From assembly GCA_030526245.1 (NCBI GenBank), contig JAUNDD010000002.1, forward strand, positions 35,972 through 99,971: 64,000 nucleotides of DNA, in the 5' to 3' direction. The notes below the pieces were generated by a model. The model was not told where the DNA came from. It searched no databases and saw nothing but the letters and a program-made list of their open reading frames with translations. How positions within the stretch are numbered: position 1 is the stretch's first letter; each line of letters begins with the position of its first letter. The translations under genes and the position numbers were made by a program. Below are positions 1 to 7,280 of this stretch, piece after piece. This stretch comes from Lachnospiraceae bacterium (GTDB lineage: Bacteria; Bacillota; Clostridia; Lachnospirales; Lachnospiraceae).

Positions 1-535
1 GGAGGAATAGGGCATAGGCCGGTTTGAAATATATGCTGGGACGCAAAACGGATCCGAAAAGCCCGAAAAGGAAAAATATCACGGACAGACCTTTTTAGGC
101 ATTCGGGCAGTGGGAGACGTGCTGTGTGATCAGTATACACCGCTGCGAATGGGCTGCGACGAGGCTTTTCAGTTTTGTGCTATTGAAAAGCAGGTAAGTA
201 TTCGCTTAGTTATCGACTATCTGCATTACGAGCTACTGAGCCGGAGGCAGGCCAAAGGGGCGGTGGAAAACAGAAAGAGAAGCATAAGGAGGTGAGAAAG
301 CAAAGGACATGATAACAGACCGGGACGCATAGAGGGACTGCGTGGACACGTATACAATCCGGAGCAGAACTCCCCGTTTATGCATCTTTGGAGACAGTCG
401 CTTTGTGCGAACCGGTGGACTCACGGAAACTTCCGTACACTACTTTCAGCAGACAAAAATCCGGCACAGCCCACAGACTGACCTGAAGCGGTCTGGGGGT
501 GAACCGGGTTTTTTTATTAAGTTTTTTACAGAAAT

Positions 536-564
536 GTGACGAAAAAAATGTTTCCTGTTATAAT
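536..564 (+). promoter_or_regulatory. candidate sigma-A type promoter upstream of the GH18 gene
   Basis: TATAAT at 559-564. A TGAC-containing -35-like hexamer (gTGACg) lies at 536-541 with a 17-nt spacer. Identified by eye only. Confidence 0.35.
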
Positions 565-571
565 CGAGACG

Positions 572-634
572 GAACGCCGGCAGGATTGCCGTTCCGATAC
601 CGCACAGCAATCCTGCCGGCGTTCTGATCGTTTT
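572..634 (+). promoter_or_regulatory. leader hairpin with an 18-bp perfect stem (possible attenuator or terminator) in the GH18 5' leader
   Basis: 572-589 (GAACGCCGGCAGGATTGC) pairs perfectly with 607-624 (GCAATCCTGCCGGCGTTC). A competing 6-bp helix GGAACG 571-576 / CGTTCC 590-595 overlaps the 5' arm. A weak T-run follows at 631-634. Confidence 0.4.
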
Positions 635-734
635 AGAAATCTGAAAATATTACAAGGAATGAGCTGAAAACTCCCTGTGATGACTGTTTCACGGAGGGAG
701 ATTACATGCGAAAGATACAGGAACAACGGGGAGG

Positions 735-2684
735 ATGTCTGTGAAGGATAAAAGCGAGAAGATGAAGGAACGGCGCCGGCAGGTGCTTCGGACGAAAATG
801 CTGCTGACGGCGGGCGCGGTGATCCTGGCGGTGGCAGCTTATACCCTGCTGGCCCCCAGCCGAAAAAAGGCGGATCCGCTGGAATACTACAATCGGCTGA
901 TTCGGGAAAACGGCGGAGACAGCGGGCTGGGAGAGGGCGAGCTGGCGGTGGTACTGCAAAATCAGGTGGACCCGCGCAAGGCCATGGTGGTGGATGAGCA
1001 TCTGTATTTAAGCTACAGCATGGTGCGGGAAAATCTGTCCACCCGGTTTTACTGGGATGAGGAGACCGGCCAGATGCGCTACGTGACCGCGGAGGATATC
1101 CTGAAGTTCCCGGTCAACAGCCGGACCTATGAAACGAAGGAAGGAGAGCGTTCCTTTGACCAGGAGGTGATGATCGACCGGGATGGACGGCTTTACATCT
1201 CCGCGGATTTTGTGCAGCAGTATGTGAACGCAGAGGTCCTCCGGTTTGATGAGAGCAGCCATGTGGTGCTGAATTACCGATGGGGCACCCGGAAGAGTGC
1301 CGTGGTCGGAAAGAAGGGCGCTGTGCGGGAGGAGGCCTCTTTGAAGTCGTCCATCCTGACCCGGGTGGCCAAGGGAGATGTGGTGACCGTCCTGGAAGAG
1401 GGCGAAAAATGGATGAAGGTGATGACCGCTGACGGTTTCAGTGGCTATTATCGCAGCAAATATCTGAGCGAGCCAGAAGAAACGAAATACGAGCGGGAGT
1501 TTACAGCGGAAGAGATCCCGGATCTGGTGCGGGACGAGCGGATCAATCTGGTGTGGCATCAGATCGGTGTGGCTGAGTCCAACGATTATCTGGAGCAGGA
1601 TACCGCGGATATGACCGGCGTGAATGTGATCTCCCCCACCTGGTTCTCCCTTTCGGATAATGAAGGCAGCTTTACCTCCCTGGCGGACCGGAAGTATGTG
1701 CGCAAGGCGCACAAGGCTGGCTGGGAGGTCTGGGGACTGGTGGACAACTTCAGCAGTGAAATGAGTCTGGCCACTCTGACCGCCTCCTCCAGTGCCCGTG
1801 CCCGGCTGATCGACAACCTGGTGGAGGCGGCCCTGGATCTTGGCCTGGACGGCATCAATATTGACTTTGAATATATCACCAGCGAAGGCGCCTACGATTA
1901 TGTCCAGTTTATCCGGGAGCTTTCCGTAGAGACGAGAAAGGCCCAGCTGGTGCTTTCCGTGGATGTTCCGGTCTCCCTGGATTTCAACAGCTATTTTGAT
2001 CGTTCGGAGCTGGGGGCCTTTGCAGACTATGTCATCATCATGGGATACGATGAGCACTATGTGGGCTCCGAGGCCGGTTCCGTGGCTTCCCTGCCCTTTG
2101 AGGAGAAGGGAATCGTCAATACTCTGAAGGAAGTGCCGGCCCGCAAGGTGATCAGCGGTGTACCGTTCTATACGAGATTGTGGTATACTGGATACGATGC
2201 GAGCGGCTCCCCCAGTGTGTGGAGCGAGATCCTTGGCATGAATACCGTCACCCGGACGCTGGAGAGCTACGGCGTGGAACCGGTCTGGGATGAACAGATC
2301 GGACAGAATTATGCGGTATGGGATACCGAGGACGGCATCAATTGTCAGATCTGGATCGAGGATGAAGCTTCCATTGAGAAGAAGGCGCAGCTGGTAAGCA
2401 GGTATGATCTGGGCGGTATCGCAGCCTGGGCCCTTGGCAGCGAGCGAAAGAGCATCTGGAAGATCATATCCGAGCAGATCGGACAGGAAACAGCCGGGGA
2501 AGATACACCGGCTCCGGAGCAGGAAGAAGCGTCGGAGTCCGTGGAGGAAAGTACGGAGACGGCTGAAACAGAACGTGCGCCGCAGGGACAGGGAAAAGGT
2601 GTCCTTAAGGAGACCGAAGAACCGGAGACCGCGGCAGAAGAAGAGATCACAGAACAGATTTCGGAAGGAGACGGACATGATTGA
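735..2684 (+). CDS. glycoside hydrolase family 18 (YdhD/YaaH-like peptidoglycan or spore-cortex hydrolase) with an SH3b-like domain and an acidic C-terminal tail
   Basis: 649-aa ORF. N-terminal membrane anchor LLTAGAVILAVAAY. SH3-like segment GDVVTVLEEGEKWMKVMTADGFSGYYRSKYL. GH18 catalytic motif LDGINIDFEY (DxxDxDxE). E/T/A-rich tail. The start is ambiguous: ATG 735 abuts the GGAGG, so GTG 741 or ATG 762 are possible. Confidence 0.85.
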   Translation: MSVKDKSEKMKERRRQVLRTKMLLTAGAVILAVAAYTLLAPSRKKADPLEYYNRLIRENGGDSGLGEGELAVVLQNQVDPRKAMVVDEHLYLSYSMVRENLSTRFYWDEETGQMRYVTAEDILKFPVNSRTYETKEGERSFDQEVMIDRDGRLYISADFVQQYVNAEVLRFDESSHVVLNYRWGTRKSAVVGKKGAVREEASLKSSILTRVAKGDVVTVLEEGEKWMKVMTADGFSGYYRSKYLSEPEETKYEREFTAEEIPDLVRDERINLVWHQIGVAESNDYLEQDTADMTGVNVISPTWFSLSDNEGSFTSLADRKYVRKAHKAGWEVWGLVDNFSSEMSLATLTASSSARARLIDNLVEAALDLGLDGINIDFEYITSEGAYDYVQFIRELSVETRKAQLVLSVDVPVSLDFNSYFDRSELGAFADYVIIMGYDEHYVGSEAGSVASLPFEEKGIVNTLKEVPARKVISGVPFYTRLWYTGYDASGSPSVWSEILGMNTVTRTLESYGVEPVWDEQIGQNYAVWDTEDGINCQIWIEDEASIEKKAQLVSRYDLGGIAAWALGSERKSIWKIISEQIGQETAGEDTPAPEQEEASESVEESTETAETERAPQGQGKGVLKETEEPETAAEEEITEQISEGDGHD

Positions 2685-2928
2685 ATTTAAATACGACACC
2701 CAGCTTCTGATCGAGGGCGAGGATCTGGACGAGGATGCTATCAGCGAATACTTCACCGAGAATTTCAAAGGTGACTGTCTGCTGGCTGTAGGCGATGAGG
2801 AGCTGATCAAGATTCATTTCCATACCAATGAGCCCTGGAAGGTACTGGAGTACTGCGCAAGCCTGGGCGAGATCTACGATATCGTCATTGAGGATATGGA
2901 TCGTCAGGCCAGAGGACTGCAGGGCTGA
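2677..2928 (+). CDS. stand-alone 83-aa protein resembling the middle domain of DAK2-fusion protein YloV (possible gene remnant)
   Basis: ATG 2677 follows AAGGAGA and overlaps the GH18 stop. Sequence GDCLLAVGDEELIKIHFHTNEPWKVLEYCASLGEIYDIVIEDMDRQ matches the GDSLxVV..D..KVHVHT..PG.VL...G.L..I.I.NM..Q pattern of YloV-type proteins. No Dak2 (DhaL) domain is present upstream. Confidence 0.5.
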   Translation: MIEFKYDTQLLIEGEDLDEDAISEYFTENFKGDCLLAVGDEELIKIHFHTNEPWKVLEYCASLGEIYDIVIEDMDRQARGLQG

Positions 2929-3044
2929 TTTGGGAAACAGCAGGATGGCTGCAGGGGGTGCTCGTTTGTCGCTTGTTAAGTCGCGGGTATCGGGAACAAT
3001 GTGCAACGCAGGATGAAGCTGTCAGCATCATAAGGAAAAGAAAA

Positions 3045-3059
3045 TGATAATTATTATCA
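3045..3059. promoter_or_regulatory. perfect 7-1-7 Fur-type operator TGATAATTATTATCA
   Basis: Exact inverted repeat TGATAAT-T-ATTATCA. It is identical to the Bacillus subtilis Fur 7-1-7 consensus TGATAATnATTATCA. It lies 9 nt upstream of the -35 of the Fur-family gene promoter. Confidence 0.75.
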
Positions 3060-3067
3060 ATTTTATG

Positions 3068-3096
3068 TTGACAAACTGGCTTTAGCTGTGTATATT
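3068..3096 (+). promoter_or_regulatory. sigma-A type promoter of the Fur-family/rubrerythrin operon
   Basis: TTGACA at 3068-3073, a 17-nt spacer ending in TG, and TATATT at 3091-3096. A 5-3-5 inverted repeat AGTAAcaaTTACT at 3102-3114 lies between the -10 and the RBS. Confidence 0.6.
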
Positions 3097-3132
3097 GATA
3101 TCAGTAACAATTACTAATATCAAGGAGGGCAC

Positions 3133-3534
3133 ATGGCAGTTCAGAAATACAGCCGCCAGCGTGAAGAGATCCGAAAGCACCTGTTCGGACGGACCGATCA
3201 TCCCACCGCGGAAACGATCTATACCGAGATCCGAATGGAGAACCCGAAGATCAGTCTTGGCACGGTGTATCGAAATCTGGCACAGCTGGAAAGCGCCGGA
3301 GAGGTTATCCGTATTCCGGTGACCAACGGACCGGACCATTTCGATGGCAACACCAACGAGCACTATCATCTGATCTGTCCCAACTGCGGAAGTGTCAGCG
3401 ATCTTTGGATGGACGGCGTACGCAGAGAGCTTCACAAGGGACTTGAGGCACAGCGCCTTGATGCAGACCAGATCATCTTGAATGTGTACGGCTGCTGCAG
3501 CAATTGTAACGGTAAACTTCAGGCAGAGGTTTAA
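3133..3534 (+). CDS. Fur family transcriptional regulator (PerR-like by genomic context)
   Basis: 133 aa. Winged-helix N-terminus (ISLGTVYRNLAQLESAGEV). HYHLIC and two CxxC pairs (CPNCGS, CSNCNG). RBS AAGGAGGG. Co-oriented with rubrerythrin and rubredoxin. Confidence 0.9.
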   Translation: MAVQKYSRQREEIRKHLFGRTDHPTAETIYTEIRMENPKISLGTVYRNLAQLESAGEVIRIPVTNGPDHFDGNTNEHYHLICPNCGSVSDLWMDGVRRELHKGLEAQRLDADQIILNVYGCCSNCNGKLQAEV

Positions 3535-3593
3535 AAAGCAAAACAATTAAATAATTATATTAGATTGATATTTAAGAAAAGGAGAACAAAGTT

Positions 3594-4136
3594 ATGGCAA
3601 AGTGGGTATGTAATGTATGTGGTTATGTTCATGAAGGCGACGAAGCTCCGGAAGCATGTCCGGTATGTAAGGCTCCGGCTTCCAAGTTCACCAAGCAGGG
3701 TGAGGAAATGACCTGGGCTGCTGAGCATGTAGTAGGTGTTGCTCAGGGCGTTAGCGAAGACATCCTGGCAGATCTGAGAGCAAACTTCCAGGGCGAGTGC
3801 TCTGAGGTAGGTATGTACCTGGCTATGGCAAGAGTAGCTCACAGAGAAGGCTATCCGGAGATCGGCCTGTACTGGGAGAAGGCAGCTTACGAAGAGGCAG
3901 AGCATGCAGCTAAGTTCGCAGAGCTTCTGGGCGAAGTCGTAACTGACAGCACCAAGAAGAACCTGGAAATGCGTGTAGAGGCAGAGAACGGCGCAACCGC
4001 TGGTAAGTTCGATCTGGCAAAGCGTGCAAAGGCAGCAAACCTGGATGCAATCCATGACACGGTTCACGAAATGGCTCGTGACGAGGCACGCCACGGCAAG
4101 GCATTCAAGGGCCTTCTGGAGAGATACTTCGGTTAA
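3594..4136 (+). CDS. rbr: reverse rubrerythrin (N-terminal rubredoxin-like domain plus C-terminal di-iron ferritin-like domain)
   Basis: 180 aa. N-terminal CNVCGY...CPVCKA. ExxH di-iron motifs EEAEHAAKF and [21 protein letters not shown]. Confidence 0.9.
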   Translation: MAKWVCNVCGYVHEGDEAPEACPVCKAPASKFTKQGEEMTWAAEHVVGVAQGVSEDILADLRANFQGECSEVGMYLAMARVAHREGYPEIGLYWEKAAYEEAEHAAKFAELLGEVVTDSTKKNLEMRVEAENGATAGKFDLAKRAKAANLDAIHDTVHEMARDEARHGKAFKGLLERYFG

Positions 4137-4302
4137 GATAGGAATGCAAGACATACGCCGGCAACGAAGATGTCCGACCGAGCTTGCTCGGGGAGGACAT
4201 CAAGTTGTCGGTGGATGGCGGAGCAAGCGTCAGCTTGCGGGAAGGCTTCTGTTAAGAAGCCTGAATGCATTCCGTGATGGGCCGACCACCTCCAGCGAGA
4301 AG

Positions 4303-4387
4303 AAGCGAAGCGAATTCGAGCTGGCTCAGGCGCCAGCGTGGATGTCGCAGCAATTATTTAAGCGAAGCGAATTCGAGCTGGCTTAGG
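4303..4387. repeat. 28-bp direct repeat (27/28 identity, period 57 bp) inside a hairpin-rich spacer
   Basis: AAGCGAAGCGAATTCGAGCTGGCT(C/T)AGG occurs at 4303-4330 and 4360-4387. The surrounding 4137-4415 also contains hairpins GATGTCC...GGACATC (4169-4201) and AGGCTTCTgttaAGAAGCCT. Confidence 0.8.
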
Positions 4388-4415
4388 GTCGGCGATATAT
4401 ATAGGAGAAACAGTT

Positions 4416-4553
4416 ATGAAATACGTATGTGATGTTTGCGGTTGGGTCTACGATCCGGAAGAGAATGACGGTGTTGAATTCGAGAACCTGCCGGAAGATT
4501 TTGAGTGCCCGCTTTGCGGCGTAGGCAAGGATCAGTTCTCTGAGGAAGCTTAA
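4416..4553 (+). CDS. rubredoxin (45 aa, below the ORF-track length cutoff)
   Basis: Translation is [45 protein letters not shown], with the two canonical CxxCG knuckles. RBS AGGAGA lies 7 nt upstream. Stop TAA at 4551-4553. Confidence 0.9.
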   Translation: MKYVCDVCGWVYDPEENDGVEFENLPEDFECPLCGVGKDQFSEEA

Positions 4554-4603
4554 TCCGGCTCGGCGATTGATCTGTCAGTTTTAAAACAAACAAATCGAAA
4601 AGT

Positions 4604-4637
4604 GTGGGGGAATCATGCAAATGGTTCTCCCATTTTG
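4604..4637 (+). terminator. probable rho-independent terminator after rubredoxin
   Basis: Stem GGGGGAA / TTCTCCC (one G-U pair) followed by ATTTTG. Confidence 0.45.
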
Positions 4638-4696
4638 CGTTGTATACGGTATAATCGTCATTAAAGGAAACAACCGATTCGACAAAGGAGAAGACG

Positions 4697-6115
4697 ATGA
4701 ACAGAAAACGAGCGATCCATCTGGTCATAGGCCCGGTACTTTTTGCCCTGTTTGCTTTTGGGCTCCCGGCATCGGTATTTGAGAGCTTTGCCTCCCGGGC
4801 GGCCATTGGCACCGTGGCCTGGATGGCTTACTGGTGGGTGACCGGCCCCATCGATTATGCGGTAACGGCATTTCTGCCGATCGCCCTGAATGCGGTATTT
4901 CAGATGACGGAGATGTCCGGCGTAATCGCCAATTATGCTTCAGAGACGATCCTGCTGCTGCTGGGTGCGTCGATCCTGACGGTATCCTGGGAGAAGACAG
5001 GGTTGGACAAGCGCATCGCGGCCGCCTTTCTGAAGATGGTGGGCAGTGATTTCAGAATGCAGCTGGTATTCTGGTTCATCCTGTCGGCGCTTCTCTCGGC
5101 GGTGCTGCCTAATGCTGTGGTGTGTGCTACCGTTACGCCCATTGCGGTATCCATGCTGAATTACATCGGTGAAGGGGATATTGCAAAGAGCAAGGTGGGT
5201 TCCAAGCTGCTTTTGAGCATTGCCTATGCCACTGGTCTGGGCGGCCTGGCCTCACCGCTGGGCGGCGCCATGAACCTGGTGACGGTGGAGCACCTGCAGC
5301 AGCTGACCGGGCAGGAGTACATTTATGTGGACTGGGTCATCCGGTTCCTGCCGATCATGGTCGTGCTGATGATCAGCAACATCCTCTTTATGCTCCGCGA
5401 TGTCAAAAAGGGAACCTCCCTTGGCGGCACCAGAGAATACTTTGTGGAGCAGTACAAAAAGCTGCCGAAGATGAGCTTTGAAGAGAAGATGGCGCTGCTG
5501 CTGTTTGTGTTGGCCACGGTGCTGTCCTTCACCAGACAGTTTTATCAGGCGTATCTGCCCGGTCTGAAGCCGGCCTACGTGTTCATCATCTGTGCGATCA
5601 TCTCGTTCCTGATCACGGATTCAAATGGTGAACGGCTGATGCTCTGGAATTCGGTGCAGAAGCAGATCGTGTGGGAGCTGATCTATATTTTCGCAGGTGG
5701 TCTGGCCGCCGGCACGCTGATCAAGGGCTCCGGCGCGGCGGATGCTATCGGAGCCATGGTGGCCGATATGAACCTGAGCGGCGGCATTCCTACCATTTTC
5801 GTAATCATTACCCTGACGCTGCTGCTGTCGGATGTGACATCCAATACCGCCACGGCAGCGGTGGCCATTCCGGTGGTGATCTCGGTGGTGCAGGGCATTG
5901 GACTGAATCCGATCCCCTTTGTGTACATCGCATCGGTGGGCGTCAACCTGTCCTATATGCTGCCGACCTCCATCCGGGCCATCCCGGTGGGCTATGGCCT
6001 GCAGCCAAAGTATATGCTTAAGGAAGGCGCCAAGATGACGGTGATGGTCATCGTGCTGATGACGATCGTCTGCACACTGCTGTACCGGTACTGGCCGGCG
6101 TTCAGCACGGTGTGA
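4697..6115 (+). CDS. SLC13/DASS family anion:sodium symporter (di/tricarboxylate or sulfate type)
   Basis: 472 aa and polytopic. DASS signature SDVTSNTATAAV. RBS AAAGGAGAA. Confidence 0.85.
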   Translation: MNRKRAIHLVIGPVLFALFAFGLPASVFESFASRAAIGTVAWMAYWWVTGPIDYAVTAFLPIALNAVFQMTEMSGVIANYASETILLLLGASILTVSWEKTGLDKRIAAAFLKMVGSDFRMQLVFWFILSALLSAVLPNAVVCATVTPIAVSMLNYIGEGDIAKSKVGSKLLLSIAYATGLGGLASPLGGAMNLVTVEHLQQLTGQEYIYVDWVIRFLPIMVVLMISNILFMLRDVKKGTSLGGTREYFVEQYKKLPKMSFEEKMALLLFVLATVLSFTRQFYQAYLPGLKPAYVFIICAIISFLITDSNGERLMLWNSVQKQIVWELIYIFAGGLAAGTLIKGSGAADAIGAMVADMNLSGGIPTIFVIITLTLLLSDVTSNTATAAVAIPVVISVVQGIGLNPIPFVYIASVGVNLSYMLPTSIRAIPVGYGLQPKYMLKEGAKMTVMVIVLMTIVCTLLYRYWPAFSTV

Positions 6116-6141
6116 AGCATGGGTGATTGTTAACAAGTGAT

Positions 6142-6277
6142 AGTGGGTGTTACAACGCATAGAACTATAAACTGCAGTGGGTATTGCAATGCAAAGAATT
6201 GTAAACTATAGTGGGGACGGCAATGCATAGCACTGTAAATCAACAGAGATGGCGTTGTGATGCAGTAAATCGGGAAA
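6142..6277. repeat. degenerate 34-bp tandem repeat, about 4 units
   Basis: The anchor AGTGGG recurs at 6142, 6176 and 6210 (period 34). Unit consensus is AGTGGGtnttnCAAyGCAwAGnAyTnTAAAyt. The fourth unit is strongly decayed. Confidence 0.7.
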
Positions 6278-6307
6278 CGTATAAATTGATAGAAAGAAGC
6301 GTATTGA

Positions 6308-6862
6308 TTGAAAAGGAATAGTATAACAAAGAAACGGAAACGGGCAGCGGCTGGTCTTTGCGCGGCGATGATCTGCGCAGCCGGCATGGCGTTGCCGACG
6401 AATGCATCCCTGATTGGAAAGAAGGGAGAGGCTTACACAGACGAAATGGAGAACTTCCTGGCCGGATTGGTGCCGGCGGAGGGGCTGACGATCCAGGGGC
6501 GCACCTATGATTACTGGGATGTGCTGGGGTTTTTGGAAGAGGTGCGCTGGGCACCGGATGACTATGTGCACAAAAATCACACCTGTGTGTTGTCACAGCT
6601 GCCGGAGGAGGACGTCCGGTCCATTGTGGCGGTTCTTCGGCTTCTTATGAACTGTCCGAAGACCTATGCGGACTATGAGACGGTGGCGAAGGTACAGGCG
6701 GCCCTGATCGAAGAGGGGTACGACTGCGGCTATGTGGATGGCATCCTGGGAGAGATGACCTATGCGGCTCTGAACGAGCTGCAGGAGGAGCATGAGCTGC
6801 GTGTGATCAATGCAGTGACAGATGAGGTGCTGGAGGTGCTGGAGCTGAAACCGGAGGATTAA
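6308..6862 (+). CDS. secreted protein with a peptidoglycan-binding (PG_binding_1-like) domain
   Basis: 184 aa with a TTG start. Basic n-region plus hydrophobic signal (KKRKRAAAGLCAAMICAAGMALPTNA). C-terminal GYDCGYVDGILGEMTYAALNELQEEHEL resembles PG-binding repeats. Confidence 0.65.
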   Translation: MKRNSITKKRKRAAAGLCAAMICAAGMALPTNASLIGKKGEAYTDEMENFLAGLVPAEGLTIQGRTYDYWDVLGFLEEVRWAPDDYVHKNHTCVLSQLPEEDVRSIVAVLRLLMNCPKTYADYETVAKVQAALIEEGYDCGYVDGILGEMTYAALNELQEEHELRVINAVTDEVLEVLELKPED

Positions 6863-6994
6863 GCAGGCGGCAGCTTAAATAACAGGACCGAAGACTTGTC
6901 TGCCTTCCTTATAGCATAAATCTGAAATGATACGACGAAGATAGAACATCGTGGGTCTTTGAAAGCACAGCGATCGCCGAGAAAATTAAAAATG

Positions 6995-7040
6995 AAAAAG
7001 CAGGTTTGACGCATGAAAGATGGTCAGACCTGCTTTTTTA
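6995..7040. terminator. bidirectional rho-independent terminator
   Basis: 11-bp stem GCAGGTTTGAC / GTCAGACCTGC, flanked by an A5 run upstream and a T6 run downstream. Confidence 0.8.
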
Positions 7041-7150
7041 ATGGAAAAAATGATGAAAAAATGATTCGGCGACCATCAAAAAGGTTTCAAAACGGTTCTA
7101 AAACGGTTGCAATTAAGGGGCGGATATGATAGTGTGAAATTAGAAATCCT

Positions 7151-7251
7151 GAGATATGGATCCAAAATCGAAAAGAACGGGTGTCAACCATGATGTCGAG
7201 GGCTGTGATTACCGATGAGATATGGATCTAAAATCGAAAAGCACGGGTGTC
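7151..7251 (+). repeat. 35-bp direct repeat (33/35 identity, period 66 bp) upstream of the HTH-Uma2 gene
   Basis: GAGATATGGATC(C/T)AAAATCGAAAAG(A/C)ACGGGTGTC at 7151-7185 and 7217-7251. Confidence 0.85.
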
Positions 7252-7280
7252 GATCGTTGGAAATGAAAGGAGGCATGGGG

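Noticed and set aside
1-100. Possible c-di-GMP-I (GEMM-I) riboswitch, because of GGGCATAGG … TGGGACGCAAAAC resembling GGGCAAACC … TGGGACGCAAAGCC.
   Set aside because: I could not draw the P1a/P1b helices with GNRA tetraloop and receptor geometry. The GCAAA-equivalent is mutated and would be sequestered in a helix. The spacing differs, and the 5' part may lie outside the window. This needs a covariance-model scan before any call.
110-539. Small ORFs 110-295(+), 233-424(-) and 342-539(+) in the leading non-coding stretch, plus 40708-40974(+) upstream of the aminotransferase.
   Set aside because: They have no Shine-Dalgarno sequences, use non-ATG or poorly placed starts, show no recognisable motifs and overlap one another.
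1008-2810. 600-aa ORF on the minus strand, antisense to the GH18 gene. The same pattern applies to 8861-10237(-), 13064-14092(+), 16257-17240(+), 18263-19471(-), 31124-32233(-), 40997-42367(-), 46422-47834(-), 50176-51888(-), 53020-54375(-) and 54129-55694(-).
   Set aside because: These are shadow ORFs typical of GC-rich coding DNA. Each fully overlaps a gene with clear family motifs on the other strand. They have no RBS, and their translations are low-complexity (R/H/G/P/Q-rich) with no recognisable domains.
6142-6277. CRISPR array (also considered for 56427-56578 and 39201-39308).
   Set aside because: The repeats are directly abutting and degenerate, with no unique spacers. No cas genes are in the window. 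The 39201 repeats lie inside a coding region.
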